Assembly (NCBI RefSeq): GCF_036321535.1
Contig: NC_087447.1
Span: 36,458,001 to 36,522,000 of the forward strand
Length of the DNA stretch: 64,000 nucleotides
Source of the DNA: Camelus dromedarius
Lineage: Eukaryota
Direction: 5' to 3'
Below the pieces are notes generated by a model. It worked only from the letters and a program-made list of their open reading frames with translations, searched no databases and had not been told where the DNA came from. The stretch's first letter is position 1; the number at the start of each line of letters is the position of its first letter. Position numbers and translations under genes: made by a program. Positions 12,726 to 25,794 of this stretch are shown here, piece by piece.

Positions 12726-15079
12726 TAGTGGTCTTCAAATTTTTTGGATAGAGCATGCCATCAGCAAAATACTTCTGAGCATGTGCCCTGATACATGTCC
12801 ATATTTATTTAAAAGTATATACATGTACTATTGTAGTAGTATATGCTATAAGACATTCATAAGTAGATATTAAAAGGAAGAGGTATAGATAGAATAAATA
12901 ATATTTTAAAACTGTGGTCCCCAAACCCTATACTTTAATATGCTTTGTTATTTTTAAAAGTCTTAGTTTAACACTTTGTGATGAAGTGATTTAAAGGTTT
13001 GGTTCTAAGTTCAGTTTTCTTTGCTACATGGTTTTAATACTGCCACAGCTGAAACTGATACCTCAGAAAGAAAAGTAGATCCAAATGGAAGAAGTACATC
13101 ATTGTTTGCCCTTAATGAAATGTGATACTGATTTATTAATTCTTTGCATAAAATGTGCAAAAAGTTTTTTAAAATGTGGCTAGTAAATCTCTATTTTCCC
13201 TGAGAGCATTCAGTTATTTTTCCAATGAGGTTCATATTTTTAATAAATGGGCTCAAAAACACATTGAAACTCTTTGGAACATCCTTAAATAGGTTAGAAT
13301 ATTCTGTTCCTAATTTTTAAATTGAAAGCAGATGAGAGTTTTTGTAGGCGATAGACATAGAATTTTTGGTAACAAAAATCACACTATGTTGGAATCATTT
13401 CCAAACATATGTTTTCAAAAATACTTTTTCATGGCATGTATCTGTTTTGAAAATCATTTACTTTCTTATTTGATAAAATATCACCTTCACCTTGAAGAGA
13501 CAGATTAAGTTTGTTTGATAGTGTGTATGTTTGTATATGTGTATGTATGTATGTATCTACACATCTAGTCTAGTCTAGCTATTTGATAACACACACACAC
13601 AGCTGCTTGTCATCACATGAAGGGTCAAAACATTTGGTACTCTAGTTTTTTTGTTTCTTATCCTTAAGTTTGGAATCTTTGCCATGAGATAAGCAGTGGA
13701 ATGTGTGGATGGTGCAGACAATTCTAATGGTTATTCCTCATCTGATTTCAAAGTATTCTAAAGATTTTACTGTGTTTTACAGGTCTATTTTAAAAAGTAA
13801 TTGCATCATCATGTAGCACTTGGCTTTAACATTGTGCTGAAATTGTTTGGCTATGAATGATGTAGTTAGTGAAGTCCATAGTGCTATCTCTGTAATCTTA
13901 TCCCCAATTTTTTTTCCTTTAGTTCTGCCAAAGGCAATCACTTCACCAGTAGTTATACTTAGTCACTTTTCCCTAAAAGTTACTTTTATTTAAAAAAGTA
14001 ACACTGTTGAGATTATATCTTCTTTGGTACATATTTTGGTGGCTCACTCAAAAGTAGCACTTTGCCTATCAAAGATTGTAAACTGAGGCATGTTCAAAAT
14101 ATGTACATTCATTATCTGAAGAGCAAACATTCTACATGACAGATGTTTCTTTTTCAAATCTTTAGCTATTTTTACTATGCAACTTCCAAAATTGTTCGTG
14201 GCACTACTCACTGTACAGCCCATGAGGACATCGTTCACATTGCATTCTAGGTAATTGCTTACCCAAGGATGTGTATTGTGGCAGCTCTGACATTTTAGAC
14301 AGGAAATGTATTTAAATTTGTGACCATATTGTTTTCTCTGTGTTATTTTAGCTATTATTATATAAGCAGGAAGAACAAGAACTTTTCTAGTAGCATGTAG
14401 CTTTTTGTCTTTTGTAATTAAGGAGCTTCAGGAGAGGTTTCTAAACACTTAGCATTGTTTGGGAAAATTTTGTAAACCATTGGATTGAGTATTGTATAAT
14501 TTTTAAATGTTATTGGAGAAATTATGGCAAGTACAAAAAATTATATCTGTATACTTTGTTTTTAAATGCCTTACTAATTGCAAAGGCTTCATATTATTAT
14601 TTAACATCTCAAAGTACACTGTTAATGGTACTAGATAAAAATCTGTATCAAATTTTCTTTTTGATAAGTTAAAAAACTCTTGACCTATTTCTTGTGAGAT
14701 CTGCTCGAACTGTCCTGTACTGTGGCTGCTAAAGATCTATGCCACTATGGTACAAATGTTAGCTTGGTCACGGTGTGAGGGTCATGGTATTAGGGTCACT
14801 AAGGTATATAATATTAATGTGTTCCTCAAACTGTGGTTTCTTTGGAAGGGTCTTTTTAAACCACTTGAGCATTTGTTCAGGGTTAATTTAGTTAAAAACC
14901 AGATAATATTATCAATAATCGGCCTCCTCTTTTTCCTCTGGTACAGGATATAACATTAATGCTTGATATTTTGTATTTAAATTTAAGTAAGGATTAATTT
15001 TTCTCACTTTTTAAAGAAATAGAAAGTGTATTTATATAGTGTACTCCTAGGGTGTGTGAGCTCACTTTGGAGACCACTG
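12726..15079 (-). mobile_element. hAT-Charlie DNA transposon fossil with degenerate transposase
   Basis: TIRs tagtggtcttcaaa (12726-12739) and tttggagaccactg (15066-15079). Minus-strand remnants of Charlie transposase motifs: FALQ (ORF 14044-14238), TKEDI (~14010), NYIIHSQ resembling HCIIHRE (~13860), CLSHGK resembling RWLSRGK (~13690). Confidence 0.75.
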
Positions 15080-15594
15080 AAATTAGAAGAGTAAATGGGA
15101 AAGCAGGGTAAGTGTATGATGAGTCAAGTCAAGGAGGAAAAGCATAGTTTCCAGAAAATACTCTCCTGGTACAGGATCCCTCTGAAATATGTAGGCAGTC
15201 ACTGAAAATCTGGTCAGAGAATGGGGCTACAGATTTATCAATATTGGGGTGGCATGTTTTATAGGGCTCTGATATGAGAGAGGAAGCAGGCTTAAGCCAT
15301 CTTTTATTCCAAGGCAAAACAATTTGAGTCATTTTTTGGCATGAAGGAGTCAATGAGGTTCCATAGTTAAGTGTGTTTATCATGTTGCAGGGGAGGGGAC
15401 CAAGTGGAGGATCACTACTCCTGTGAATGCCCGGGGCACTTTGTTGCTTCTGCACGCAGCCTTCCTTGGATTTAGATACAATCAGAATTTGGGAGAGGTG
15501 AGTAAGGCAGCAGTGAGGATATCTGTAGGCTAAGATTGCCTTCAACTTTCTCTTCTTTCCTCCCTTTCCCCCTTTTCTCTAACTTGATATACTT

Positions 15595-15765
15595 ATGGGG
15601 GCAGCTTGGTGTAGTAGCCAGGATCCAGTTTGGGAGTTTCAGCTCTGCCAATAAACTTTGAGTGACTTTGGCTAAATCACTTCTCTCTAGGAATTGGTTT
15701 CTTTACTGGTAGAATAGGAAGTTTGATAATCTTCAAAGAGGTTACAGCTCTGACATCCTGTTTAT
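15595..15765 (+). mobile_element. MIR/MIR3 fragment
   Basis: ggggcagcttggtgtagt...cagctctgcca...gtgactttggctaaatcactt. Confidence 0.6.
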
Positions 15766-16479
15766 AACCTTCTGGGATAGGGCTCTGTGCTGCCTCTACA
15801 CAGAACTATCAACCTCAAAGCACTATGTCCACTCTGCCTTCTAAACTGACAAACTGCCAGGAATTTAATTTATAAATTAATTCAAGCTGCTAGACTCATA
15901 AACAAAAACTATAAAATATTTCTATCTTCTTCCCTTCACTCTTCCAGCTTTGATAGAATGTATTCCTACAGTGTGATCCTAGATAGGGCTCTTGCTTTCT
16001 AACCTAAAGTGGCTATTAAGAACCTTAGGAAGGAAGTATTAGCATCTGAGGGGTTGTGTCTGTGAAGGAGGCTGGGCTCAATGAGATGGGCAGGACATTG
16101 GGACACAGCCATCAATTCTTTGCATGTGTTTGGCCAAGCTGGCAGCCGTGAACAGTGCCAGGATTTTTGAGTATGGTTTCTGTCACCAGTAGAGCTGGCT
16201 GTCTTTGAAGTCTGTTAGTTAGCCTCTTCCAGAATCTTAGAGTGCAACTAATGCTCAAGAGGAGGAGGGTAAAATAATCTCTAGGAATAAGAATCCCCCC
16301 TATTTTCAGTAAGAACTTAATTCTCTTCTTCCAATAGTTTTTTAAAGCATTAAATGACTGAGCAGATTTCAGATTTTCTCATTTTCTTTTTAGTACCTAT
16401 TCATTGCCATGAGGCAATATTGAGTAATGAAATAGATGCATGTCACCAAACATATATTGGGCAATAGCCACATATTTCT

Positions 16480-16605
16480 GGATGCTTTTATAAGTTGGAG
16501 ATAATAACCTGTGTATCATAGTTTTTGAGAGGTTTCAATATACAAAATACCCTTGGAAGAGTGCCGGATACATTGTAAGCTCTCTTTAAACATTGGTGAC
16601 TATTA
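16480..16605 (+). mobile_element. MIR 3' fragment
   Basis: tataagttggagataataacctg...catagtttttgagagg...agagtgccggatacattgtaagc. Confidence 0.55.
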
Positions 16606-16800
16606 TTTTATTATTTCATTTGCATTACAATTCTGGGAGGTATATGTCATTATCCTATATTTTATAGGTAAAGAAATTAAGGTTTGGGGAGGGAAAATGA
16701 CTTGCCCAAGATCACATAGCCATTGAGTGGCAGAACCATAACCATAATCTAAACCCACATGTCCTGGCTTGAAGTCATATGGTATTTTTGCTATGTAATA
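16606..16800 (-). mobile_element. MIR SINE
   Basis: cctatattttataggtaaagaaattaaggtt...tgacttgcccaagatcacatagc...agtggcagaacc. Confidence 0.8.
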
Positions 16801-16929
16801 CATTTGCCTCTAACAGCCAAGTAAGTCATGAGATTTCCCCCAGATAATCTACAAGTTAGATAATCAAAAGCTTGGGTAATCAGAAGCTGAACATATTATG
16901 TGATGCTGAATTTCAGTAGGTTTTGTTAT

Positions 16930-17144
16930 TAAGGCAATCCTTGCTTTCAATGGCTCCATGTTAGCTGAAACTCATCTGTATCAGAACCGTATCTTCTCTT
17001 TGCATAGTTCTGATCTCAACTTTACATAGTTTGAATGTCATGGTTTGATCTCAGTTACTGTAGAAGCTTGCAAAATGAGGGCCTGGCTCTCATATGCACT
17101 AGTTCCAGTTAACATGGTATAATGCAAATTGAGAACTGCCGGTA
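16930..17144. mobile_element. TcMar-Tigger-type MITE
   Basis: Ends taaggcaatccttgcttt and gcaaattgagaactgccggta are imperfect inverted repeats resembling Tigger TIRs (CAGGCAGTCCTCGCTT), with TA flanks. Confidence 0.55.
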
Positions 17145-17999
17145 TTTCTGTGAGCTTCGCATTCACACACAAATATTCTCACATTTTCTTTCCTTTGGGT
17201 CAGTTAGGTGGTTCATTTCCACTTGATGACCCATTATTTTTGCATTCTTTTGCTTACAAGTTTCTGTTCCTGCTAAGGGAGAGCACTATGTTGCTTAAGT
17301 AGGGTCTTTGAAGGTCACTGATGATTGGCTCTTGGATTATAGGAACACTACCTCTGACATTTATTGTATGCAGCGGTAGATTTTTCTCTGGACTTTGACG
17401 GAAACACCCATATCCTTTACTTAAAAAAAAAAAAAATTCTCCCCGTCTCCATTACACGTCTAAGTTTCTTTCTGAATTGATGTGTTTCTTTCTGTCTGTT
17501 CCAGCAATGCAGAGAAAATCCAGTGAGGCCACTTATCTCTCAGTTGTTGTTTTACTACATGAAAAGTGATAAGTTGCAGTTGACAGAGAGCAGCCAATAG
17601 TCAAGAACTGAATCTATTTAAATTTCTTTTAAAATATAGACGCTTAAATTCTTTTTAAGCACTTAATAATAATTTCAACCTGAAGATAGATGGATAGATT
17701 GCATAGATGTCAATTTTAGGGCAAAATAAGATTGAAAATATACTTCTGATTTTGATGCTTTGAACATACTCTTGTCCTAAATGCTTAATAAATTCTTCTC
17801 CCTTGAATTTTTATTGTTCTCCTTCCCCCTGCCCCTCCTTTAAGATTATGTTTTAAAACTTGTTCTTAGTTTTCTTTGTCAAGCGTTCTGACGAGTAGAT
17901 TTTTTTTTGCTGACTCTGATTTTTCTTCTCTTACCTGTACAGTGCGGGAGAATTAGATTGGGGTTTAAAGTGAGCTTTTGATATTGTGGCCACTTTCTT

Positions 18000-18166
18000 T
18001 AAACTTTAACTTGGACCTGGTACTTTAATCTCTTTAGGACACAGTTTCCTTTTCTGTAAGACAGCACCCACTTCTTAGAGTTGTTTTAGGATTAAATGAA
18101 TAAATATAAGTGGTTAGAACAGTGCTTGGCACATCGTAGGTGCTGCATAAGCATTAGCTATTATTA
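18000..18166 (+). mobile_element. MIR SINE fragment
   Basis: cagtttccttttctgtaag...gttgttttaggattaaatga...tagaacagtgcttggcacatcgtaggtgc. Confidence 0.8.
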
Positions 18167-19339
18167 AAGTGAGTGTCTTTAAAAGGAGGATCTGGCCAAA
18201 AGTAGAGTATTATATTCAAAATAATTTATTGAGAAAGTAAAAATAAATACTATTAGAATTTAATGTAAAATCATCCCACAATTTCCCCAACACAATGACT
18301 CTCAAGTATTTTTAAGAGAGAATACTCACTGTTTTATAGTAATAGGTACTTTGAGAACTTCTTCAAATGCAAACCAACAAATCTATTGGAACTAAAATTT
18401 CTTTACAATATGGTCAACATCTTTATTTTTGAGTTTCATAATTTATGGAGACTAGTTGACTTGGGTACAGAGTGAGTTGGGGTATGAGTTTTCTTGGGGC
18501 TAGATTTGTGACAGTAGCAATAACTGAAGAAGCAGTGGTGAATTTAAAGAGGTGACAGCAGGCAAGGAGTTTGACCCAGGAGGTACCCCACCCCACTTCC
18601 CCCAGGGAAGGTCCAGGTATAGCCTGACTTGATCATTGATGTAAACCTGACTTCTAGTCCCTAGAAAGTTACACTCAGAGGCAGCTGGCTGAGACTAGGG
18701 TGTGGAGTTGGTAATTTTTTACTGCCTTCCAGACTCTTTTGATGCAGCCTTCATTATCCTATGGACTCAGGCAGCATCCTCCAGGAGGAGCTCAGCCTCA
18801 GCCAAACAAGGCCAGGGATTGTAGGCTTGACCTCCAGGTCCCAGAAGATTCTTAGTGGAGGCAGCATTCTGGCTATGCTAGATCTAGGATTTGAATCCAA
18901 GTTCATCTTCTGACAAAAGCTAAGCTCTTTCCACTAACGCCTGCATACGGTTTCCCTGGTGAAGAGGGTGCCTGTGGAAAAAAGGAAAGTAGCCATGACA
19001 GTGGAGGTATCTATCAGTTCAGCATCTAAATGGATATATGATATAAGTATCTGAGAGGGCAGCTGTGAAATCAGAGAGGTTGCCTGCAGGCAGCAATGCC
19101 ATGATGGTGCTGGAGGAGATGACATGGTATGGTAGTTGTTATAAGCCTTTCATAGATAGTTAGAACTTGGAAATACATTTCTGTGTGTTCCTGTAGTATT
19201 TATACCTCAAATCATGAACTCATAGTCTTTATATCATGGAACCTCAGAGTTGAAAGGGTGTTCAAATGGTATGATTTCATGTACATGATCATCCAGTCCA
19301 TTCTGGGTGAGCAATGTTAGAGCAGTTACTTCTTCCTTT

Positions 19340-19465
19340 CCACCAGAATGTAATCTCCACATGGATAGGAATTTCATTTGTTTGTTAATTGTTTAATTTT
19401 TAGTGACTGGAGCAATTCCTGGAACCTAATAGTACTCAGCAGATATTGTTGAATGAAAGAATGCT
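19340..19465 (+). mobile_element. L2 3' end
   Basis: cagaatgtaatctccacatgg...tagtactcagcagatattgttgaatgaaagaatg. Confidence 0.7.
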
Positions 19466-19499
19466 TGGATGACTTGTTTAAAAGTTTTGTTTTATATAT

Positions 19500-20500
19500 T
19501 TAACAATATTATGTACCAAGTATTATCTCATTTAAGCCTTACCTTAACCCTGTGAGGTATGTATTATTATTTCCAATTTATGGATGAGGAAACTGAGACT
19601 CAAGAATTAAGTAATTTTCTTTTTTTTGAATTGAAGTATTAGACATATAATATTGGTTTCAGGTATACAACATAGTGATTTGGCATTTATATACATTACA
19701 AAATGATCATCATGATGAGTCTAATAATTACTTGTTACCATACAAATGTGTTACAGTATAATTGACTACATTGCCTTTGCTGCATATTAGATTCTCATTA
19801 CTTATTTATTGTATGACTGGAAGTTTGTACCTCTTAAACCCTTTTACCTATTTCATCCAGTCTCCCATTCCTTCCCCTTTGGCAACAACCAGCTTGTTTT
19901 CTGTATCTGTAAGTCTGTTTCTGTTTTGTTTTGTTTGTTCATTTGTTTTGTTTTCTAGATTCCATATGTAAGTGAAATTGTATGGTGTTTGTCTTTCTCT
20001 GTCTGAGTTATTTGGCTTAGAATAATACCCTCTAGATCTATGTTGTTGCAAAGGGCAAGATTTCATTCTTTTTTCATTCTTTTTATGACTGAGAAATATT
20101 CCATTATATTCCAATATATATTAATATTCCATATATATATATGGTCTACTTAGTTACAGTATATATGTATACTACATCTTCTTTATCCATTTATCTATTG
20201 ATGGACACTTAGATTGCTTCCATCTCTCTACTATTGTAAATAATGCTGTGATGAACATAGGGTTGTGTACAACTCTTTGATTTAGTGTTTTCATTTTTGT
20301 GGGATAGATACTTGGAAGTGGAATTGCTGGATCATATTGTAGTTCTATTTTTAATAGAGGAACCTCCATACCATTTTCTATACTGACTGCACCAGTTTAC
20401 ATTCCCACCAATAGTGTATGATGGTTAGAAATTAAGTAATTTTCTCAAGTGACCATTACTAAAACATGATGGTCAGGATTTGAATCTATAAGTATAACCC
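19500..20500 (-). mobile_element. MIR split by an L1 insertion (parts ~19500-19620 and ~20430-20500)
   Basis: aaccctgtgaggta...gatgaggaaactgagactcaagaattaagtaattttct | caagtgacca...caggatttgaatc. Confidence 0.75.
19621..20429 (-). mobile_element. 5'-truncated L1 (3' UTR plus ORF2 C-terminus) with 16-bp TSD
   Basis: ORF remnant ELQYDPAIPL...MFITALFTI...WKQSKCPSIDKWIKKM; TSD aattaagtaattttct at 19605-19620 and 20430-20445. Confidence 0.9.
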
Positions 20501-20779
20501 CTACATTGTACTGTGGAATTATCACCTTTGTTGTTCTAGATAATATTCTTTTATTAATGGAGCCTAAATTCTTATGGAAGCCACATCACACTGTTGATTC
20601 ATTAATCTTACTGCCAATGAAAACTCACAAGCCTTTTAGTTACCATGTCTCTTCCATCCTATACTTGAGCTGCTACTTTTTTTTTTTTTTTGTGCTTGGT
20701 AAGTGGTTCAGGACCTTGCATTTACTCCAGATAGATTTTTCTCTGGTTGGATTCATTTGATCTTTCTTTATTAAGATTT

Positions 20780-21420
20780 TTTAGTTTAGTATGCTTTTAA
20801 AATTTCATCAACAATTTTTTGGCATTTTTTTTTTTGTAAAATAACTTGTTTATTCTTTAGTTTTGTTAATATTCTGTAAAAAATCTTGATAGATTTTTCT
20901 AGTGCTTAACTATCCTTATGTTCCTCAAATAAGCTACTTAGCTACAGTATATGTTTATACATACATATATATATTTTCATGCTGCTGAATTTGAATTTTG
21001 TGTATATGAATTATAATTGAATACAGTATATCAGTGAGCATCTGTATTCATTAATTTTGGAATTGTCTTTTGTAGAGTTTTGATAGTAAGGTCATGCCAA
21101 TTGCATAAAACAAATTGGAAGCTTTCTGTCTTTGTCTATACTCTGGAAGCATAGGAATTGTCTAGTGCCATCTTTGTCTATTGGAGAGCACAGGAATTAT
21201 TAGTTATTTACACATTAAAAAAAGTACCTGTAAAACCATTTGGTCTTCACACCTTTAAAAGAAATAGGTACTTAACAGTATTTTAGTGGTCTGTTCATAT
21301 TTTCTACCCTATCTCAAGTCAGTTTTGTAATTTAAAAAATATATTGGGGTAAAATTGACACAATATTCTCTTATGTTTTTCTTTTCCTTATCTGTGGTTA
21401 TAGTCTCTTTTTTATTCCTC
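20780..21420 (-). mobile_element. Highly diverged old L1 (L1M-type) ORF2 remnant
   Basis: tttgtagagttttgatagtaaggtcatgcc...cataaaacaaattggaagc...ctctggaa resembles antisense L1 RT-region sequence. Confidence 0.5.
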
Positions 21421-21559
21421 ATGTTTTAAAATTTTTGTTAAGATATTTTTGGATCCTGATTCTGTCATTTAACCTATTAATTATTAGAAACTTTGAACAT
21501 GCTAGCATCTAGCCTGCATTTATCCATATATCCATAAGGCTTAATTAATTAAATAAAAT

Positions 21560-21660
21560 TTAACAAACATCTATTCACTATCTTCTATATACCAGATAGA
21601 TGCTAGAGATATAAAGGGTGATTAAAACAGTGTCCTACTCTAAGACATTTATGGTATAGC
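21560..21660 (-). mobile_element. L2 3' fragment
   Basis: ttaacaaacatctatt...ctatataccaga...tgctagagatataaagg...tcctactctaag. Confidence 0.55.
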
Positions 21661-21996
21661 AAGCATATTGGAGACCATTTGTCAAATGGCTTGCTGAAAT
21701 TCAGATACATTATTTCTATTACATTACTCATTTAGTAATAAAGTACTTCTGGCAAAGAAACAAAAAGAGGTTAATATTACAGGACCTGTTCTTTGTGAAC
21801 TCATGTTTAGTCCTAAAGATTATCTCTTGTTCTTGTAGGTGGTCAGTTATACATTCTAGAATTGTTTCCTGATAATTAAGTTAGTATAAGGAATGTGTTA
21901 CTGGAACATATCTTGCTCATTAATAGAGATTCTATTGGAAAAATTTTTAGGAAATACTTAAATCATTCTAGAACTTATATATTTTATCACCTGGTG

Positions 21997-22175
21997 AAGT
22001 GCTTCTTAAATTTTATTAGGCATACAGATTACCTGGGGATCTTAATAAAATGCAGATTCTGATTCTGTAAGTCTGGATGGGGCATGCGATTCAGTATTTC
22101 TAACAAGCCTGCAGGTAATATCATTGGTGCTTTCCTCAGGGATGCTGAGTGGGACCACATTTTGAGGACAGATGG
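21997..22175. mobile_element. MER5A-like hAT-Charlie MITE
   Basis: cagattacctggggatcttaataaaatgcagattctgattc...atttctaacaagc...ggaccacattttgag. Confidence 0.8.
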
Positions 22176-22254
22176 ATAGTATATACTCTGATTCACAGTT
22201 AGTAAGAGGCTAGATTTTAGGAAATTAACAAATAGGGCATTTATGCTAAAATTA

Positions 22255-23120
22255 AGAAGACTGACAGTACCTCGCATGTTCGTGAGGATGTAGAACAACT
22301 GAAACTCTCATTCACTGCTGGTGGGAGTGTAAATTGTTATAATCGATTTTTTTTTTTAACAGAGGTACTGGGGATTGAACCCAGACCTCTTGCATGCTAA
22401 GCATGCACTATGCCACTGAGCTATACCCACAACCCCGCTGTTACAACTGATTTTGAAAATTATTTGGTATTATATACCAAAGTTAAACATATTCCTATCT
22501 ATGACAGCAGTTCCAGTCCTAGGTATATACCCAAGAAAAGTGAGTGCTTATGTCCACCAAAAAACATACAAAGCATCTTCATAGCCATTTTATTCATAAT
22601 AGCCACAAATTGTAAACAACCTAGATATCCATCAACAGGAGAATGGATAAATAAATTGAGGTATAACTTGGTCAGTGGAATACAACACAGCAATAAAAAA
22701 TGTATTGATATTCACAACAGCATGAATGAATCTCACAGTCATTATGTGGAAACGAGAGAAACCGGTTAAAGAGATAGAAATAGAGCTTGATAAAGATTAG
22801 AGGAGACAGAGGATAGAGATAGAGTATGTACTATGATTCTATTTATTAAATTCAAGAACTGGTGTAACTACTCTGTAATTATAAAAATCAGAATGGTGGT
22901 TATCTCTGGAGATGAGAGAGAGATTCCCAACTTATTAGTAAGGAAGAGGCATGTGAGAACTTTCTAGGGTGCTGGGAATGTTTTATATTTTAGTCAGGGT
23001 GGTATTTATATGGGAGAGTACATATGTAAAGCTTATGAGTGAATTCACTGACTGAACGTAAGATTAGTGCACTTTACCCTCTGTATTATCCATTAATAAA
23101 CTTTTTACTTTAATAAAAGA
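22255..23120 (+). mobile_element. Old L1 (L1MC/ME-like) ORF2 end and 3' UTR, interrupted by a SINE
   Basis: FIAILFIIATNCKQPRYPSTGEWINKL in ORF 22410-22769; typical L1M 3' UTR ending in aataaa and A-rich sequence. Confidence 0.8.
22351..22438 (-). mobile_element. Short Vic-1-type tRNA-derived SINE
   Basis: gaggtactggggattgaacccag...tgcatgctaagcatgcac...ccactgagctatac with T tail; imperfect TSD tgttataatcgatttt (22335-22350) vs tgttacaactgatttt (22439-22454). Confidence 0.85.
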
Positions 23121-24129
23121 AACAGAGCATTAAAAAGGGGATACCTTTTGAAATCTAAGCAGGGCTATATATTATTTTAGCAGTGGAACTGATTTTCAAG
23201 GGAGTTGATATATGTTCCCATTCATATTCATTTACTGCATGGAACTATTGAAAAATGTATTTAAAGGTAGTGAAATAATGTAGCCAGCTGATTCCTTAAA
23301 ATAATAAGTATAGGTGTCATTGGATTTTAGGATAATAGAATCACAGTTCAAACAAATTTTGGTTAAATCAGAACATTTCCATTGTTTTGAAGGGATATGT
23401 GAAACTCCCAAGAAAACAAACTCTCATTAGCTATTGTGGAAATCAAATTTAAAAATACCTTTGTCTTTTTATTCTTCAAACTTTCCTTTTTAATTTGTAA
23501 CTTATATTCTCCATTCAGATGCCTTATTACTCATGCTGTAATTTCTCACTGCCTAGGATTTCCCATGACTTCTTACTCTGGATGGCTCTTAAATGTATCT
23601 TTATCTTTATTTCTCTGTGCCTCTCTTTCTTCTCAGAGCCACAGGAATTTATAGCTTTCAGACTTTTTGTAAGCATTAGAACCCATTTTTCAAGTAAATC
23701 CTTATTTATGGAAATCTAACAATGATACAAACTTTGGATGAAATCTTGTCTGCTCAGATCCCTTCAACTCTTCCTTTAATTTTCCTTTTCAACTTACTCT
23801 TCCCTCTTTATCCCACAACAACTGGAGAGTGGCATACACAGGGGGAAAAGCAATCAAACGTAACCTAGCCCAATCTTTATACTTTACAGAGGAGACTGAA
23901 TTACTGAAAGGGCTTCACAGCTACTAGTGGTCAGCTCCTTCTGGCTGTCATAAAATTAGTCTCAATTGCTAGGTAGTGAAATTAAAATGTGGGAAAAAAT
24001 TTAAAAAATCTTTACATACAGTTTGAATAATCAGTATAGTCATTCCAAAAATCTGCTTTTCATGTTGTGCTTATAGACAGGTAGCCACAATTCAAAATTC
24101 CCTGTTAAAAGGAAACAGTAGTGACATCT

Positions 24130-24850
24130 TAACACCTGTTATTTTTGACAAGGGTGCCAAGACAATTCAATGGGAACATAATCTTTTCAACAAATAGTAC
24201 CAGGACAACTGGATATCCCCATGCAAAAGAATAAAGTTGGACTCCTGCCTCCCATCTAACTCTTAGAAGAAAACATAGGGGTATGTCTTTATGACTTTGG
24301 ATTAGGCAATGATTTCTTAGGTATGACATCAAAAGCATAAATGAAAAAAAGATAAATTGAACTATATCAAAATTAAAAAATTTTGTTTCAAAGGAAACCA
24401 TCAAGAAAATGAAAAAACCTGTAAGATGGGTGAAAATATTTGCAAGTCATACATTGGTAAAAAATTAGTATTCAACCTATATAAAGAACTCTTACACCTC
24501 AATAATAAAAAGACAAATAACCCAATCTTTTTTTAAAGGGCAAAGGATTTGAATCAATATTTTTCCAAATAAGATTTACAAATGGCTGATAAACATATAA
24601 AAAGATGCTCAAGATAATTAGTCATTAGGGAAATGTTAATCAAAAATCACGGTGAGATATTACTTCTCAGACACTAGAATGGCTGTAGTCATAAAAACTG
24701 AAATTAAAAGCTGGCAAAAATGTGGAGAATATGGAACCTTTATACATTGCTGGAGGGAACATAAAATGTTGTAGCAACTTTAGAGAACAGTTTAGCAGTT
24801 TCTCAAAAAGTTAGACACGTAACTACTATAGGACCCAGGAATTCTACTCC
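24130..24850 (+). mobile_element. L1 ORF2 3' fragment (L1MB/MC-like), internally deleted
   Basis: tttttgacaagggtgccaagacaattcaatggga...aaaagatgctc...ggacccaggaattctactcc. Confidence 0.85.
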
Positions 24851-25794
24851 CACTAGCTGAGACATTGTCCCCTCAGAAATGGAATAGGTGACAAAGAAAG
24901 CTTTTATATAGCAAGAAGGGAAATTAGGAAAGATATAATGAATAATATTGTGCAAAGCAATACATATTTAAATTGCTTTTTATAAAGTATAATAAAGTTA
25001 AATATTTAAAAAATTATCTAGTCATGCCCCTTTTGCTTACCAGTTTAGTAAGTGAGATAATATACATTTGTGTGTATACATTTGAAAATGGAATTTGTGT
25101 GTGAGATTCTATTTTTAAAGCTGAAATTAGTAAATGTAAATTAATTAGTTTCTTCAGTTCCTCCCTCCTCCCTCTTTCTCCTTCTCTCCCTTCCTTCCTT
25201 CTTTCTTATTTCTTTTCTTTTTTTTCTTTCACTTTAAAAGTTGATTTCCATTAGTTATTTATGTTTTTCAAAATTTCCTCTTTAGTTTTTAAAGATAGTT
25301 ATCCGATCTGTATTATTTTGGAGAGGCTATTAAATGGGGGTAAAGACCTTTGCGTAGGAGTGTTGTAGGGAGACATGAGAGTATATTTACTCTAAATTTG
25401 AAAATTCCCAGGTCTTCCTATTGCCATTCCTTTAGCAACTTTTTATAGTTTCAGTTCTCTTCTTAGAATATTTTCTCAAGAAGCATTTGGATTTTAAAAA
25501 AGAATAATGTTTTAATACAAAGGAATGAATCTTTAAAAGAAAAATGTTAAATACTATTTCATTATATTACAGAAGATTTTTCTTATTTGAAGTGACAACA
25601 TGTGTTTTTGAGGTTGGGGATTTTATACCATATATTTTATTGCTTGGTTGGTCTATGAATGAGAGTGGTTTCAGTCCTTAACTAACTTTAAAAAATGAGT
25701 ATGTGTGTAGTTGTTTGTGGTTTTCAAAGGCTTTTCTTATACATTACTTCACTTATATTCAAAGTAACTCTGTGTGAAGTAAATTTGTTCTTTT

